From Christensenella sp. UBA6345 (lineage in GTDB: Bacteria > Bacillota > Clostridia > Christensenellales > UBA1242): a stretch of DNA of 64,000 nt. The stretch is from NCBI GenBank assembly GCA_002437945.1, contig DJSB01000030.1:22390-86389 (forward strand), written 5' to 3'. Below, piece by piece: positions 29,959 to 41,846 of the stretch (the stretch's first letter is position 1; every line of letters starts with the position of its first letter). The notes beneath the pieces were generated by a model. The model saw nothing but the letters and a program-made list of their open reading frames with translations. It made no database searches and had not been told where the DNA came from. Position numbers and translations under genes: made by a program.

Positions 29959-30363
29959 TTATTTAAGTTTAAGATGTTCAAGTATTGCTTCCATATCATA
30001 GCCTTGATTTTCTCTTGTTGGATATGTATGCAAACCGTCATTTGATTTTCTAGGAATAATATGAAAATGTAAATGCATAACACTTTGTTCGGCGCTCTCA
30101 CCGCTAGCATTAAGGACATTAACACCATCAAAACCACATTCTTTAACATAGTGATTAGATATTAATTGAGTTGCTTCAATAACAGCATCTAGATAATCTT
30201 TTGGACAGTCTAAAATATTAACACAATGACATTTTGGTACAACCAAAGTATGTCCATAATAATCTTTAGATATATCTAAAAATGCATAAACTTTATCATT
30301 TTCATAAATTTTATAACTAGGCATTTCCCCTTTAATTATTTTGCAAAAAATACAATTATCCAT
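29959..30363 (-). CDS. HIT-family (histidine triad) nucleotide hydrolase
   Basis: 134 aa. CIFCKI zinc motif and histidine triad HLHFHIIP. Confidence 0.9.
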   Translation of the reverse strand: MDNCIFCKIIKGEMPSYKIYENDKVYAFLDISKDYYGHTLVVPKCHCVNILDCPKDYLDAVIEATQLISNHYVKECGFDGVNVLNASGESAEQSVMHLHFHIIPRKSNDGLHTYPTRENQGYDMEAILEHLKLK

Positions 30364-30532
30364 ATATAAACTCCTTTTATTTATTGTAATGTTAAAATAT
30401 ATTTACCATTAAAAAATATATTATTTAATGGTAACAAAATTAATCAAATTTAATTATAAACTCTTTTAATTAAAATTCAAATTGTGTTTGTTATTCAATT
30501 TATTATTTGTAATACAATTATATAAACAAATA

Positions 30533-31816
30533 TTATTTAATTAATTGGGCTAGCATACCTTGTTTAATTGGACGTAACAATTTAATTTTATAGAAATGAT
30601 TAGATTCAACTTCTTCTTCAAGGTACACTTTGACATAATTTTCAGTATAACCTACATAGTATTCATCTTCTTTATCTTCTACCAAAACTTCAAAATCTTT
30701 ATTGGCAATTTTGTTATAATACTCTAGTGTAAGTTCATGTCTAACTTCTTCTAACTGTTTAATACGATTTTTAACAATGTCGTGTGGTGGTACAGGTAAC
30801 TTATATGCCATTGTACCTGCTCTTTTTGAATATGGGAAAATATGCATATTACCAAAACCAGCACGGCGACAAGTTTCAACTGTCTGTAGAAATTCTTCAT
30901 CAGTTTCGCCTGCAAATCCTACTATAACATCAGTAGTAATATTGGCTAATGGGAAATATTTTTTAATTAAATCAACTTTTTCTAAATACTCGCCACTTGT
31001 ATAGTGTCTATTCATACGTTTAAGAACACTATCACTACCACTTTGTAAACTTAAATGAAATTGTGGACAAAAGTTAGGCGTGTTTTTAAGATATTGCAAA
31101 AACTCTGGTGTAATAATATTAACTTCAAGACTGCCAATACGTATTCTTGAACTTAAATTACGCATAGCATAAACCAGTTTACCTAGTCCCAATTCGCCAT
31201 CTATCTTAAAACTACTCATATCAATACCAGTAAGTACTATCTCTGAACTATTACTGCTTAATACTTTTGCTTCATTCATTATATCTTCAAAATCTCTTGA
31301 TCTACTTCGACCCCTTACATATGGTATTAAACAATAAGAGCAAAAATTATTGCAACCATCTTGAATCTTTAAATATGCTCTAGTTTGAGACTTATATGGG
31401 TTCTTTACATCTTGGTTATATTTTGGATAAAATTCAAATTTTTCAAATCTTGGATTATCGATAAGTTCTAAAATACGTTCCTTACCTTCATTGCCGATAA
31501 CAGATATTACGTTAGGCTTTTTGAATTGTTCGATATTATTCTCGCTAGCACAACCACAAACAATAATCTTTGAATCAGGATTAAGAGACGACAATTTTGA
31601 AATATACTGTCTTGATTTTTTTTCGCCTTCATTGGTAACAGCACAAGTATTAACTATGTATAAATCTGCAGGCTCATGCTCTGTAGTAACTTGCCAACCC
31701 GCATCATTCAATATTGTAGCCATACAATCAATTTCATATTTATTTACTTTACAGCCTAAACTAATTAAACAGGCTTTTTTTAGCGATTTTTTATCATTTT
31801 GCATAGTACTTAACAA
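30533..31816 (-). CDS. mtaB: tRNA methylthiotransferase, MtaB (YqeV)-type radical SAM enzyme
   Basis: 427 aa. UPF0004 N-domain (LGCKVNKYE, VNTCAVT), radical-SAM CNNFCSYC, C-terminal TRAM-like region. Position after rsmE matches Bacillus yqeU-yqeV. Confidence 0.8.
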   Translation of the reverse strand: MLSTMQNDKKSLKKACLISLGCKVNKYEIDCMATILNDAGWQVTTEHEPADLYIVNTCAVTNEGEKKSRQYISKLSSLNPDSKIIVCGCASENNIEQFKKPNVISVIGNEGKERILELIDNPRFEKFEFYPKYNQDVKNPYKSQTRAYLKIQDGCNNFCSYCLIPYVRGRSRSRDFEDIMNEAKVLSSNSSEIVLTGIDMSSFKIDGELGLGKLVYAMRNLSSRIRIGSLEVNIITPEFLQYLKNTPNFCPQFHLSLQSGSDSVLKRMNRHYTSGEYLEKVDLIKKYFPLANITTDVIVGFAGETDEEFLQTVETCRRAGFGNMHIFPYSKRAGTMAYKLPVPPHDIVKNRIKQLEEVRHELTLEYYNKIANKDFEVLVEDKEDEYYVGYTENYVKVYLEEEVESNHFYKIKLLRPIKQGMLAQLIK

Positions 31817-32550
31817 TACTCCTTAAACTCGTATAAAATAATACTTGCAAGCATAATACTTGCTGTTTCTGCTCTTAATATTCGACTACCCAAGGTTACA
31901 CTTTTAGCACCAGAATCCACTAAATAATTAATCTCTTCTTCAGTAAATCCACCTTCACAACCAACAATAAAAGCAATATTTTTAGCATTAGAATTTTCCA
32001 GCAACACTTGATTAAGTGGCATACTTTTTTCGGTTTCATTGGCGAATATTATTAAATCATGTTGTGATAATAATGGCTTAATATCTTTTAGTGAAATAGT
32101 ACTATGAATAGTCATAGGTTTACTACGTCCACATTGTTTAATGCTCTGTTGGGTAATTGTATTTAATTTATCTGTTTTTGTGCCTTTATCTTTATTAACT
32201 GTATATTGACTTTCAAAAGGAACAAAATCCGAACAACCAAGTTCGGTTAATTTTTGAACAATAAGACTTAAATTATCGTTTTTAATAAGCGCCATATAAC
32301 AAGTTAACTTGGTATGTGGATTGGAATTATTAAGTTGACGTGAGTCAACTTTTAATGTTGTTTCTGACTTACCTATATTAGTTATAGTGCAAAAATAATC
32401 GTATTCATCTCCCGTAACAACTTTAACCTTATCATTAACGTTAAGACGCATTACATTTTTTAAGTGATTATGTTCGTCATTATTAAGTTTAACTATACCG
32501 TCTTTAATATCGGTAGCAAAAAATGTTTTCATATAGATATGATAGCACAT
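31810..32550 (-). CDS. rsmE: 16S rRNA (uracil1498-N3)-methyltransferase
   Basis: 246 aa. C-terminal SPOUT knot GCEGGFTEEE...LGSRILRAETA. The start is uncertain and may be the MKTFF methionine at 32532. Confidence 0.85.
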   Translation of the reverse strand: MCYHIYMKTFFATDIKDGIVKLNNDEHNHLKNVMRLNVNDKVKVVTGDEYDYFCTITNIGKSETTLKVDSRQLNNSNPHTKLTCYMALIKNDNLSLIVQKLTELGCSDFVPFESQYTVNKDKGTKTDKLNTITQQSIKQCGRSKPMTIHSTISLKDIKPLLSQHDLIIFANETEKSMPLNQVLLENSNAKNIAFIVGCEGGFTEEEINYLVDSGAKSVTLGSRILRAETASIMLASIILYEFKEYC

Positions 32551-32640
32551 AAATACATTTATTTAAACAAAATTAAATTAACTGCATAAAAAAACTACTA
32601 TATTTTATAGTTAAAAACTTAAAACATAGTAGTTATATTA

Positions 32641-33786
32641 TTAATCTTTTAATGATTGAATATCTTTAAGATAACTTTTATATCTAGAATAATCATCTGT
32701 GCTTATACTATCACTTAACTCGGCTAGTATCTTTTTAGCATCTTTATTTAAAGACTTTGGAGATTCGGCTACCAAAGTAATATTAATGTTACCATAAGAG
32801 TTAGAATTTAGTTTCTTTATACCCTTACCTTTCAACTTAAAGACAGTATTACTTTGAGTAAGTTCTGGTACTTTTATTGTTGTAGTACCTTTAGCCAATG
32901 GAACTTCCAATTCGCCACCAGTTAATAACAAACTAAATGGGACATATAATTTTAAATTCAAGTCAGTGCCGTCACGTGTAAACAATTTATGTGGTTTAAC
33001 AGAAACATAGAAATGAATATCACCATTTTTACCACCCCTAATACCAGCATTACCTTTATTAGGCATAGTCAAAATCTGGTCATTATCTACACCTGCTGGT
33101 ACTTTTATAGATATTGTTTTGTTAACTTTGTTATAGCCATCGCCATTACAATATTCACATTTTTCAATAATCTTTTTACCAGTACCATTACAAGTTTTAC
33201 ATACCCCAGTACGCATAATTTTGCCTAGGAATGATTGTTCGGTATAAGTAACTGTACCTGTACCATTACACTCTGGACATGTAGAGTATTTAGTACCATC
33301 TTTAGCGCCAGTACCACTACATTTTTCACATCTCTCTACCAATGGTACTTTAACTTCTTTAGTACAACCAAATACTGCTTCTTCAAAACTTAAATTCAAT
33401 TTAATATCAATGTCTGCACCATTAACTGCTGTACTACGCTGGCTAGAACCAAATCCACCAAAGTTAGAACTAAATCCACCACCAAACATATTAAACAAGT
33501 CGTCCAAACCACCGAATCCGAAGTCACCACTAAATCCGCCCTGACCACCGCCAAATCCACCAAAAGCATTAGGATCAGCCGAACCATAGGTATCATAATT
33601 TTTACGTTTGGTCTCGTCTCCCAAAACTTCATAGGCTTCATTAATCTCTTTAAATTTTTCAGCAGCACCTTCTTCATGATTTAGGTCTGGGTGATATTTT
33701 TTTGCTAATTGTTTATATGCTGATTTAATTTCTTCTGCAGTCGCTGTTTTGGATACACCCAAGACATCATAATAATTTTTAGCCAC
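32641..33786 (-). CDS. dnaJ: molecular chaperone DnaJ
   Basis: 381 aa. GTG start. J-domain with HPD, G/F-rich region, four CxxCxGxG zinc repeats. Confidence 0.95.
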   Translation of the reverse strand: MAKNYYDVLGVSKTATAEEIKSAYKQLAKKYHPDLNHEEGAAEKFKEINEAYEVLGDETKRKNYDTYGSADPNAFGGFGGGQGGFSGDFGFGGLDDLFNMFGGGFSSNFGGFGSSQRSTAVNGADIDIKLNLSFEEAVFGCTKEVKVPLVERCEKCSGTGAKDGTKYSTCPECNGTGTVTYTEQSFLGKIMRTGVCKTCNGTGKKIIEKCEYCNGDGYNKVNKTISIKVPAGVDNDQILTMPNKGNAGIRGGKNGDIHFYVSVKPHKLFTRDGTDLNLKLYVPFSLLLTGGELEVPLAKGTTTIKVPELTQSNTVFKLKGKGIKKLNSNSYGNINITLVAESPKSLNKDAKKILAELSDSISTDDYSRYKSYLKDIQSLKD

Positions 33787-33818
33787 GATATATTTTCCTT
33801 TATTAAATGAATTTAATC

Positions 33819-33859
33819 AAGTTAGACGAAAACACATATATGCATTTTCGTCTTAACTT
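33819..33859 (-). other. strong intra-operon stem-loop between dnaK and dnaJ
   Basis: About 14-bp stem (AAGTTAAGACGAAAA / TTTTCGTCT-AACTT on the mRNA strand, one bulge) with no U-run. Likely an mRNA processing or stability element, or a partial terminator. Confidence 0.5.
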
Positions 33860-33891
33860 AATCATTATTAATATTTATTAAATTAATTGTT

Positions 33892-35751
<1,860 letters not shown>

Positions 35752-35797
35752 TTACTTTATTTTTTGATTTTTTTAATATATGCATAGTAGTTAAAAA

Positions 35798-36454
35798 TTA
35801 AAGTCTATTAATCTTAACTACGCTATGTCTAATAACTTTAGAGTCGGACTTAAATCCTTCCTGTAATTCTTCCAAAACTACTTCATCTTCTTTAGTTTCG
35901 TCACAATCAGTCATAACTGCATTGTGTAAATTAGGATCGAATTTTTGTCCTACACATTCAATTTTGTGTACTCCAAATGAAGCCATTGCCTTAATAATTT
36001 GACTATGAATAATCTCCAAGCCTTCTAATGCACTCTGGTCTTTAATGGTTGCTCTAGCCTGTTTAAAACTATCCATAACTGGTAATAGTTTAGCAATCAT
36101 AGCATAAACACCATTGTTAAAACTTGTCTTTTCAATTTCTGCATTTCTACGCTTATAATTTTCAAAGTCAGCCTGTATTCTTTGTGCTAATTCAAGATAA
36201 CCTAAAGCATCTTGACTTATGTCTTCATGTTCACACCCGCAATCTTCATTTTCGCAATTGCAATCACATTCATCGCCACAGTCACAATTTTGATCATGAC
36301 AATCACAATTATCTTCATTGCAATTACAATTGTTATCATGGGTGCATTTATCGTCACTGCACTCACAATTGTCTTTTACATCATTGCATTCTTTATTTTC
36401 ATGACAATCGCAAGCACATTGCTCGTCTTCGCAAATATGTTTCTTTTTTTTCAT
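35798..36454 (-). CDS. grpE: nucleotide exchange factor GrpE with a Cys/Asp/Asn-rich N-terminal extension
   Basis: 218 aa. The C-terminal two thirds is a canonical GrpE (LRIQADFENYKRR, ...GFKSDSKVIRHSVVKI). Residues 8-74 carry 19 Cys, mostly as CxC. Confidence 0.9.
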   Translation of the reverse strand: MKKKKHICEDEQCACDCHENKECNDVKDNCECSDDKCTHDNNCNCNEDNCDCHDQNCDCGDECDCNCENEDCGCEHEDISQDALGYLELAQRIQADFENYKRRNAEIEKTSFNNGVYAMIAKLLPVMDSFKQARATIKDQSALEGLEIIHSQIIKAMASFGVHKIECVGQKFDPNLHNAVMTDCDETKEDEVVLEELQEGFKSDSKVIRHSVVKINRL

Positions 36455-36457
36455 TTA

Positions 36458-37504
36458 CTACTCCTTATTATATTTATCTAATTCGTCAGATATATATTTT
36501 AATGCTGAAGCAATTTTGGCATAATCCATACGTTCGGGTCCAAGAACACTTACGCTGGCTACTACACCATTACCAATATTATAATTGGTATTAATGATTG
36601 AATAGTCTGAATATTTTTCATTAAGATTTTCTTCGCCAATCGTAAATACTACATCACTAGAAGAATTATCATCAATATTGTCTATAATCTCTTTAATCTC
36701 TTTTTCGTTCTCTATAAGTCTTAAGAATTTCTTTGCTTCATTAATGTCCTTATATTCTGGCTCATTAAGTAAACGAGTCGAATTAGCATGAACAAGTTTT
36801 GAAGCACGTTGCTCTGTAAATTGTTTCAATATACCAGTAACTGCAACAAACAATTCTTGATAAAAGCTTATTTGACGCTTGAACAATTGATTATAATAGT
36901 CAATATTTTCAATAATGTCAGTGATTTTTTTATTATACAGATTGGTTGTAAGATACTTGGAAGCATCTTTACATATATCTTCTGTAACATCTGGATTAAG
37001 ATCGATAGTGTTGTTAATCAATCCTGCACTTGTCTGGAATAACAATAACCCTTGACCAGTAATCAAAGGAATAATATTAATACCCTGAACAGTCAAATCA
37101 TCATAACTTTTTATCCTAACGTATGTAGGGAAATTGGTTATCTGATTAATACTCTTGGCAATATCGCTTAACATATCACTCAAGAATGTCGAACGCATAA
37201 CAAACTTATCTTTTATTTCATTAACCAAATCAGCATCAATATCTCTATTGTTGATAATATGGTTAACATAATATCTATAAGCCTTAGTTGTAGGTACTCT
37301 ACCGCTACTAGTATGAAGTTGTCTTAAATACCCCATCTCTTCTAAAGCACTTAACTCATTACGAAGTGTAGCACTACTTAAATTTTTAAATAAAGTATTA
37401 TGCACTTTTTCACTTGTTATAGGACTAACATTTTCGATATAGTTCTCTACAGCACTTATCAGCAAGTCATGTTTACGCTCTGATATTTTGAATTCCTTTT
37501 TCAT
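36458..37504 (-). CDS. hrcA: heat-inducible transcription repressor HrcA
   Basis: ATG at 37504 follows AAGGA. SERKHDLLISAVENYIENVSPITSEKV.... First gene of the dnaK operon, preceded by CIRCE. Confidence 0.9.
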   Translation of the reverse strand: MKKEFKISERKHDLLISAVENYIENVSPITSEKVHNTLFKNLSSATLRNELSALEEMGYLRQLHTSSGRVPTTKAYRYYVNHIINNRDIDADLVNEIKDKFVMRSTFLSDMLSDIAKSINQITNFPTYVRIKSYDDLTVQGINIIPLITGQGLLLFQTSAGLINNTIDLNPDVTEDICKDASKYLTTNLYNKKITDIIENIDYYNQLFKRQISFYQELFVAVTGILKQFTEQRASKLVHANSTRLLNEPEYKDINEAKKFLRLIENEKEIKEIIDNIDDNSSSDVVFTIGEENLNEKYSDYSIINTNYNIGNGVVASVSVLGPERMDYAKIASALKYISDELDKYNKE

Positions 37505-37538
37505 TATCGTCCTTATTAGCAAATAATATTTTTATTTG

Positions 37539-37565
37539 TTAGCACTCTCTTTTCTTGATTGCTAG
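37539..37565. promoter_or_regulatory. CIRCE operator (HrcA binding site)
   Basis: TTAGCACTC-N9-GATTGCTAG. The left half matches the consensus TTAGCACTC-N9-GAGTGCTAA perfectly and the right half matches 7 of 9. Lies between the promoter and the hrcA RBS. Confidence 0.8.
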
Positions 37566-37569
37566 CACT

Positions 37570-37598
37570 ATTGTACTCTTATTATATACGTTCGTCAA
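37570..37598 (-). promoter_or_regulatory. sigma-A-type promoter of the hrcA-grpE-dnaK-dnaJ operon
   Basis: Minus strand reads TTGACG, a 17-nt spacer, then TACAAT, ending 4 nt before CIRCE. Confidence 0.65.
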
Positions 37599-37762
37599 CA
37601 TTTTTATGTTAAATTTTTTAAAAATTTTTATATTTTTTTGTTAAAATTTATCAACTACAAAAATAAGACATCATATACAAATGATGTCTTAAATTAAATG
37701 ATATTTTATTTCTAATATAACCAATTAAAATTAGTTATTATATATTTTATAAATATATTTAT

Positions 37763-38893
37763 TTAATCTATTAACCTTATTATAATTTGATTAAGCACAT
37801 AGAATCCAGCAGTCGTAGCAGATAAACGGTGTCCATCACATATAACTAATCCTAAATCAATAAGTTGAGCAATTTCTTTAGATTTAATATTATATAAATC
37901 ATAATTAAGTTTATGCTTTAACATATCTAAATCTACACCTAATGTTGTGCGAAGCCCAAGCATTATACTCTCTTCTACAAGTTCTCGATTGTCTAATACT
38001 TCACTATTCTCTACAACACTTTTATTATTGGACATACATTCAATATATTTATGAACATCACTAATATTGTTAAATCTTTCATTACCGACAAAACTATGTG
38101 CCGAACAACCAAATCCAACATAGTGACACATATTCCAACAATTAAGGTTATGTTTGCATTCAAATCCGCTACGAGCGAAATTGGAAACTTCATATCGATT
38201 AAACCCTGCCAATTGAGTTTGGGTTAAAACATAATTAAACATATTAATAACTTTCTCTTCTTTAGGTAAAGATAACTCGCCATTAGTTACTGACTTATAT
38301 AGTGGTGTATCTTCTTCCAAGATTAAGGTATATGCACTGATATGAGTAATACCTAAATTAAAACAATATTTAAGTGTATTTTTGACATCACTTTGTTTTT
38401 GTGTAGGTAACCCCAGCATTATATCGGCATTAATATTATCAAATCCAACTTTTTTAAGGACTTCCATAGCCTTAACGAAGTCATCAAAGGTATGTGCTCT
38501 ACCAATCAATTTGAGCAATCGATTAGAAGTTGTTTGAAGTCCCACAGAAATACGATTTACACCACATTCTTTCCATGATAATGCTTTAGTATATTCAATA
38601 GAATTGGGATTACTTTCTATAGTTATCTCACAATCATTTAATACATTATAATTTTCTTTAATTGTATTGACAATAAGGCTTATAGCACCTACAGGCAATA
38701 TACTAGGTGTTCCGCCACCAATAAATATGGTATCTATATCATAGTCTTTATACTTAATACTTTCTTTAACGATTTCTTTAGTTAAAGCAATTAAATAATC
38801 ATTAGCACAATCCAATTGGGTAATTGAATAGAAATTACAATATTTACATTTACTTACACAAAATGGTATGTGCACATATATTCCTAAATTCAT
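37763..38893 (-). CDS. hemW: radical SAM heme chaperone HemW (HemN-like, oxygen-independent coproporphyrinogen oxidase family)
   Basis: 376 aa. YVHIPFCVSKCKYCNF. Position between lepA and hrcA is conserved. Confidence 0.88.
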   Translation of the reverse strand: MNLGIYVHIPFCVSKCKYCNFYSITQLDCANDYLIALTKEIVKESIKYKDYDIDTIFIGGGTPSILPVGAISLIVNTIKENYNVLNDCEITIESNPNSIEYTKALSWKECGVNRISVGLQTTSNRLLKLIGRAHTFDDFVKAMEVLKKVGFDNINADIMLGLPTQKQSDVKNTLKYCFNLGITHISAYTLILEEDTPLYKSVTNGELSLPKEEKVINMFNYVLTQTQLAGFNRYEVSNFARSGFECKHNLNCWNMCHYVGFGCSAHSFVGNERFNNISDVHKYIECMSNNKSVVENSEVLDNRELVEESIMLGLRTTLGVDLDMLKHKLNYDLYNIKSKEIAQLIDLGLVICDGHRLSATTAGFYVLNQIIIRLID

Positions 38894-40692
38894 TAATCTA
38901 TCTTTAGTATGCTCATAAATGCTTCTGATGGTATATCAACAGAACCTATTTTACGCATACGTTTTTTACCTTTTTTCTGTTTCTCTAATAGTTTTCTCTT
39001 ACGAGTGATATCGCCACCATAACATTTAGCCAAGACATCTTTTCTTAATGCCTTAACTGTCTCTCTAGCAATAACCTTACTACCAATTGCTGCTTGAATA
39101 GGAATTTCAAATAATTGTCTAGGAATAACTTCTTTTAATTTCTCTACTATGGCTCTACCCTTATAATATGCTCTATCCTTATGAACAATCATAGATAATG
39201 CATCACAAATTTCGCCATTAAGTAGAATATCAACCTTTACTAAATCACTTATCTTATAATCAATTATCTCATAGTCTAGACTAGCATATCCCCTAGAACA
39301 AGATTTAAGTTTATCAAAGAAATCATAAATAATCTCGTTAAGCGGAATATCATAAACCAACTGGCATCTATTTTTGTCAAGATACTGTAAATCTTTATGT
39401 TCGCCACGTTTTTCTTGTGCCAATTCCATAAGATTGCCCACATATTGTGGTGGAGTAAAGATATTAACTCTAGTCATTGGTTCTTCCATATAATCAATAT
39501 CTTGTGGTTTAGGTAAATCTGCCGGATTAGATACCAATAAAGTTTCGCCAGTAACTGTATGGACTTTATAACATACTGATGGAGCAGTTGTAATTAAATC
39601 CAAATCAAATTCACGTTCAAGTCTTTCTTGGATAATCTCCATATGAAGTAATCCTAGGAATCCACATCTAAACCCGAATCCTAATGCCTGACTAATCTCT
39701 GGTTCATATTCCAAAGAAGCATCATTAAGTTTAAGTTTTTCCAAAGCATCTTTTAACGCATCATAATCAGCACCATCTACACAGAATATACCACTAAACA
39801 CAACTGGCTTAACTTCCTTATATCCTGGTAGTGGATTGGTAGTAGGATTAATAGCACTAGTGATAGTATCGCCTACTTTTGTCTCCGATACATTCTTGAT
39901 ACTAGCACAAATATATCCTACGTCACCCGCAGACAAAATATCTTGAGTAACTGGTTTAGGCTCGAATACACCAACTTCAGTAACATCATATTCTTTACCA
40001 GTAATGAAAAATTTAACTTTATCGCCAGCCTTTACACTACCATCAAAGATACGTACTAAACATACAGCGCCTTTAAAATTGTCATAATAACTGTCAAAAA
40101 TAAGCGCTCTTAATGGAGCATTAACATCGCCTTTTGGAGCAGGAATATAATTAACTATTTGCTCTAAAACTTGATCAATATTAGTACCTTCTTTTGCACT
40201 TACTGCTGGAGCAATAGAAGCATCAATACCTATTATTTCTTCTATTTCTTTTCTTGCAAGTTCAACATCAGCACTAGGTAAATCAATCTTATTGATAACT
40301 GGTAATATTTCTAGATTGTTGTCTACTGCCAAATATGCATTGGCCAAAGTTTGGGCTTCTACACCTTGTGTAGCGTCTACAATAAGTATAGCACCTTCGC
40401 AAGCAGCCAAAGACCTACTTACTTCGTAAGTAAAGTCCACATGTCCCGGAGTGTCTATTAAATTAAGTTCGTACTCTTCTCCATTATAAGTATAATTCAT
40501 CTTGGTAGGAGTAAGTTTGATAGTAATGCCACGTTCACGTTCGATATCCATAGAATCCAGAACTTGATCACTTAATTCACGTTTTGATAAAGTACCAGTA
40601 TATTCAATAAGTCTATCAGCCAAAGTACTTTTACCATGGTCAATATGTGCTACTATACAAAAATTACGTATATTTTTCTGTTTGTCTTGCAA
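38893..40692 (-). CDS. lepA: translation elongation factor 4
   Basis: 599 aa. [33 protein letters not shown], and the LepA-specific C-terminal domain. Confidence 0.96.
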   Translation of the reverse strand: MQDKQKNIRNFCIVAHIDHGKSTLADRLIEYTGTLSKRELSDQVLDSMDIERERGITIKLTPTKMNYTYNGEEYELNLIDTPGHVDFTYEVSRSLAACEGAILIVDATQGVEAQTLANAYLAVDNNLEILPVINKIDLPSADVELARKEIEEIIGIDASIAPAVSAKEGTNIDQVLEQIVNYIPAPKGDVNAPLRALIFDSYYDNFKGAVCLVRIFDGSVKAGDKVKFFITGKEYDVTEVGVFEPKPVTQDILSAGDVGYICASIKNVSETKVGDTITSAINPTTNPLPGYKEVKPVVFSGIFCVDGADYDALKDALEKLKLNDASLEYEPEISQALGFGFRCGFLGLLHMEIIQERLEREFDLDLITTAPSVCYKVHTVTGETLLVSNPADLPKPQDIDYMEEPMTRVNIFTPPQYVGNLMELAQEKRGEHKDLQYLDKNRCQLVYDIPLNEIIYDFFDKLKSCSRGYASLDYEIIDYKISDLVKVDILLNGEICDALSMIVHKDRAYYKGRAIVEKLKEVIPRQLFEIPIQAAIGSKVIARETVKALRKDVLAKCYGGDITRKRKLLEKQKKGKKRMRKIGSVDIPSEAFMSILKID

Positions 40693-40911
40693 GGTATATC
40701 TCCTATATTATTAATATATATTAGTATAATGTAATTAAAGAAAAAAAACAAATAAAATAAAAATATTACTTTATCTTAAATCTTAAGCATATAATAATCT
40801 AAAAGTAGCACAATTATATTCAATTTAATGAACAATACACACTCATTATTGACAAAAACACCACTTTTATTGGTTAAAACTGCTGATATTAGAAAAATTT
40901 TCGCAATCAGT

Positions 40912-40940
40912 TTGCAATTTTTATTTATTTTTGATATTAT
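40912..40940 (+). promoter_or_regulatory. sigma-A-type promoter for the GDPD-like gene
   Basis: TTGCAA, a 17-nt spacer, then TATTAT. Confidence 0.5.
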
Positions 40941-40996
40941 AGTTCTATCAATATAACAATTTTTTGGCGAATTTCGCCTTTAATATAAGGATATTT

Positions 40997-41722
40997 ATGG
41001 ACATATTTGAAAGTTGGCTTGTAAACAATGCCATAACTAGATTCGGACTAGTTACTACTACAGAACCCGAAAATTCAAAGGGAGCAATTGAAAATTCGAT
41101 TAAAGAAAAAGCACCAATTATGTTGGCTGTTGAAAGTCTAGATGACGAGAATTTGATATGTTTTCCTTACAAGAACATTTCTAAACTTACAGATGGTACA
41201 GGATATGTACAAACACTTAATATTAATGATGTAAAAGATCTTAAACTTAAAAATACCGAGTACAACATTCTTACTCTTAATGATGCACTTAATATCATAA
41301 ATGGTCAAGTACCAGTACTTGTATATATTCTTAATGACAGCACAGTAGGAAAAATAGAAAGCAATATATATCGCATATTAAAAGAGTACACTGGCGAATA
41401 TGCTATAGTATGCTCTAACCCTTATGTATTAGAATGGTTTAAGAACAATGCTCCTGATGTATGGCGTGGAATAAAAAGTGGTAAATTCCCTGACAAACTT
41501 TATGGCAGTTTAAAATCTAAAAGACTTACAAAGTTAAAATATAACAAGATTGCAGAACCAGATTTTATAGTATATAATGCTGACGAATTACCTAATAAGT
41601 ATGTAAGAAAATACAATGTATTACCTATTATCGCATACAATGTAACTAATGAGCATGATTATATGGAAGTAGTTAAACACTGCGACAATGTAATTGTAGA
41701 TGGGTTTATACCACAAATTTAA
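40997..41722 (+). CDS. glycerophosphodiester-phosphodiesterase-like protein with degenerate catalytic residues
   Basis: ATG at 40997 follows AAGGA. By-eye GDPD-like pattern ...TRFGL..EPENSKGAIENSI...LAVESLDDENLICFP...ILTLNDAL...VLVYILN. The usual HRG and HD histidines are not present. Confidence 0.5.
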   Translation: MDIFESWLVNNAITRFGLVTTTEPENSKGAIENSIKEKAPIMLAVESLDDENLICFPYKNISKLTDGTGYVQTLNINDVKDLKLKNTEYNILTLNDALNIINGQVPVLVYILNDSTVGKIESNIYRILKEYTGEYAIVCSNPYVLEWFKNNAPDVWRGIKSGKFPDKLYGSLKSKRLTKLKYNKIAEPDFIVYNADELPNKYVRKYNVLPIIAYNVTNEHDYMEVVKHCDNVIVDGFIPQI

Positions 41723-41765
41723 TATACAACCTAATACCCATTAAAACCAATTTGTATAAAAAATT

Positions 41766-41792
41766 GAGACATAAAAACTATGTCTCTTTTTT
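41766..41792 (+). terminator. terminator of the GDPD-like gene
   Basis: Stem GAGACATA / TATGTCTC, followed by T6. Confidence 0.75.
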
Positions 41793-41794
41793 GT

Positions 41795-41828
41795 TAAACA
41801 AAAGAGATACATAATCAAAGTATCTCTT
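41795..41828 (-). terminator. terminator of the ABC exporter gene
   Basis: Stem AAGAGATAC / GTATCTCTT. On the minus-strand RNA it is followed by TTTTGTTT. Confidence 0.7.
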
Positions 41829-41846
41829 AAATTAAAATCGCATTAA

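Noticed and set aside
33396-33677. 93-aa ORF in another frame of dnaJ
   Set aside because: It overlaps the G/F-rich and zinc-finger region of a canonical DnaJ, so it is a compositional artefact.
36124-36594. Plus-strand ORFs of 156 aa and 89 aa (36212..36481) opposite grpE
   Set aside because: They are antisense to the TGT/GAT/AAT-repeat Cys-rich region and stay open only because of that composition. They have no RBS and overlap a well-supported grpE and hrcA.
37505-37522. TTG-extended starts given by the ORF track for hrcA (also rarA at 45366, the scaffold gene at 62215, and the GDPD-like gene at 40964)
   Set aside because: In each case an internal ATG has a properly spaced Shine-Dalgarno, and the extension overlaps the RBS or operator sequence.
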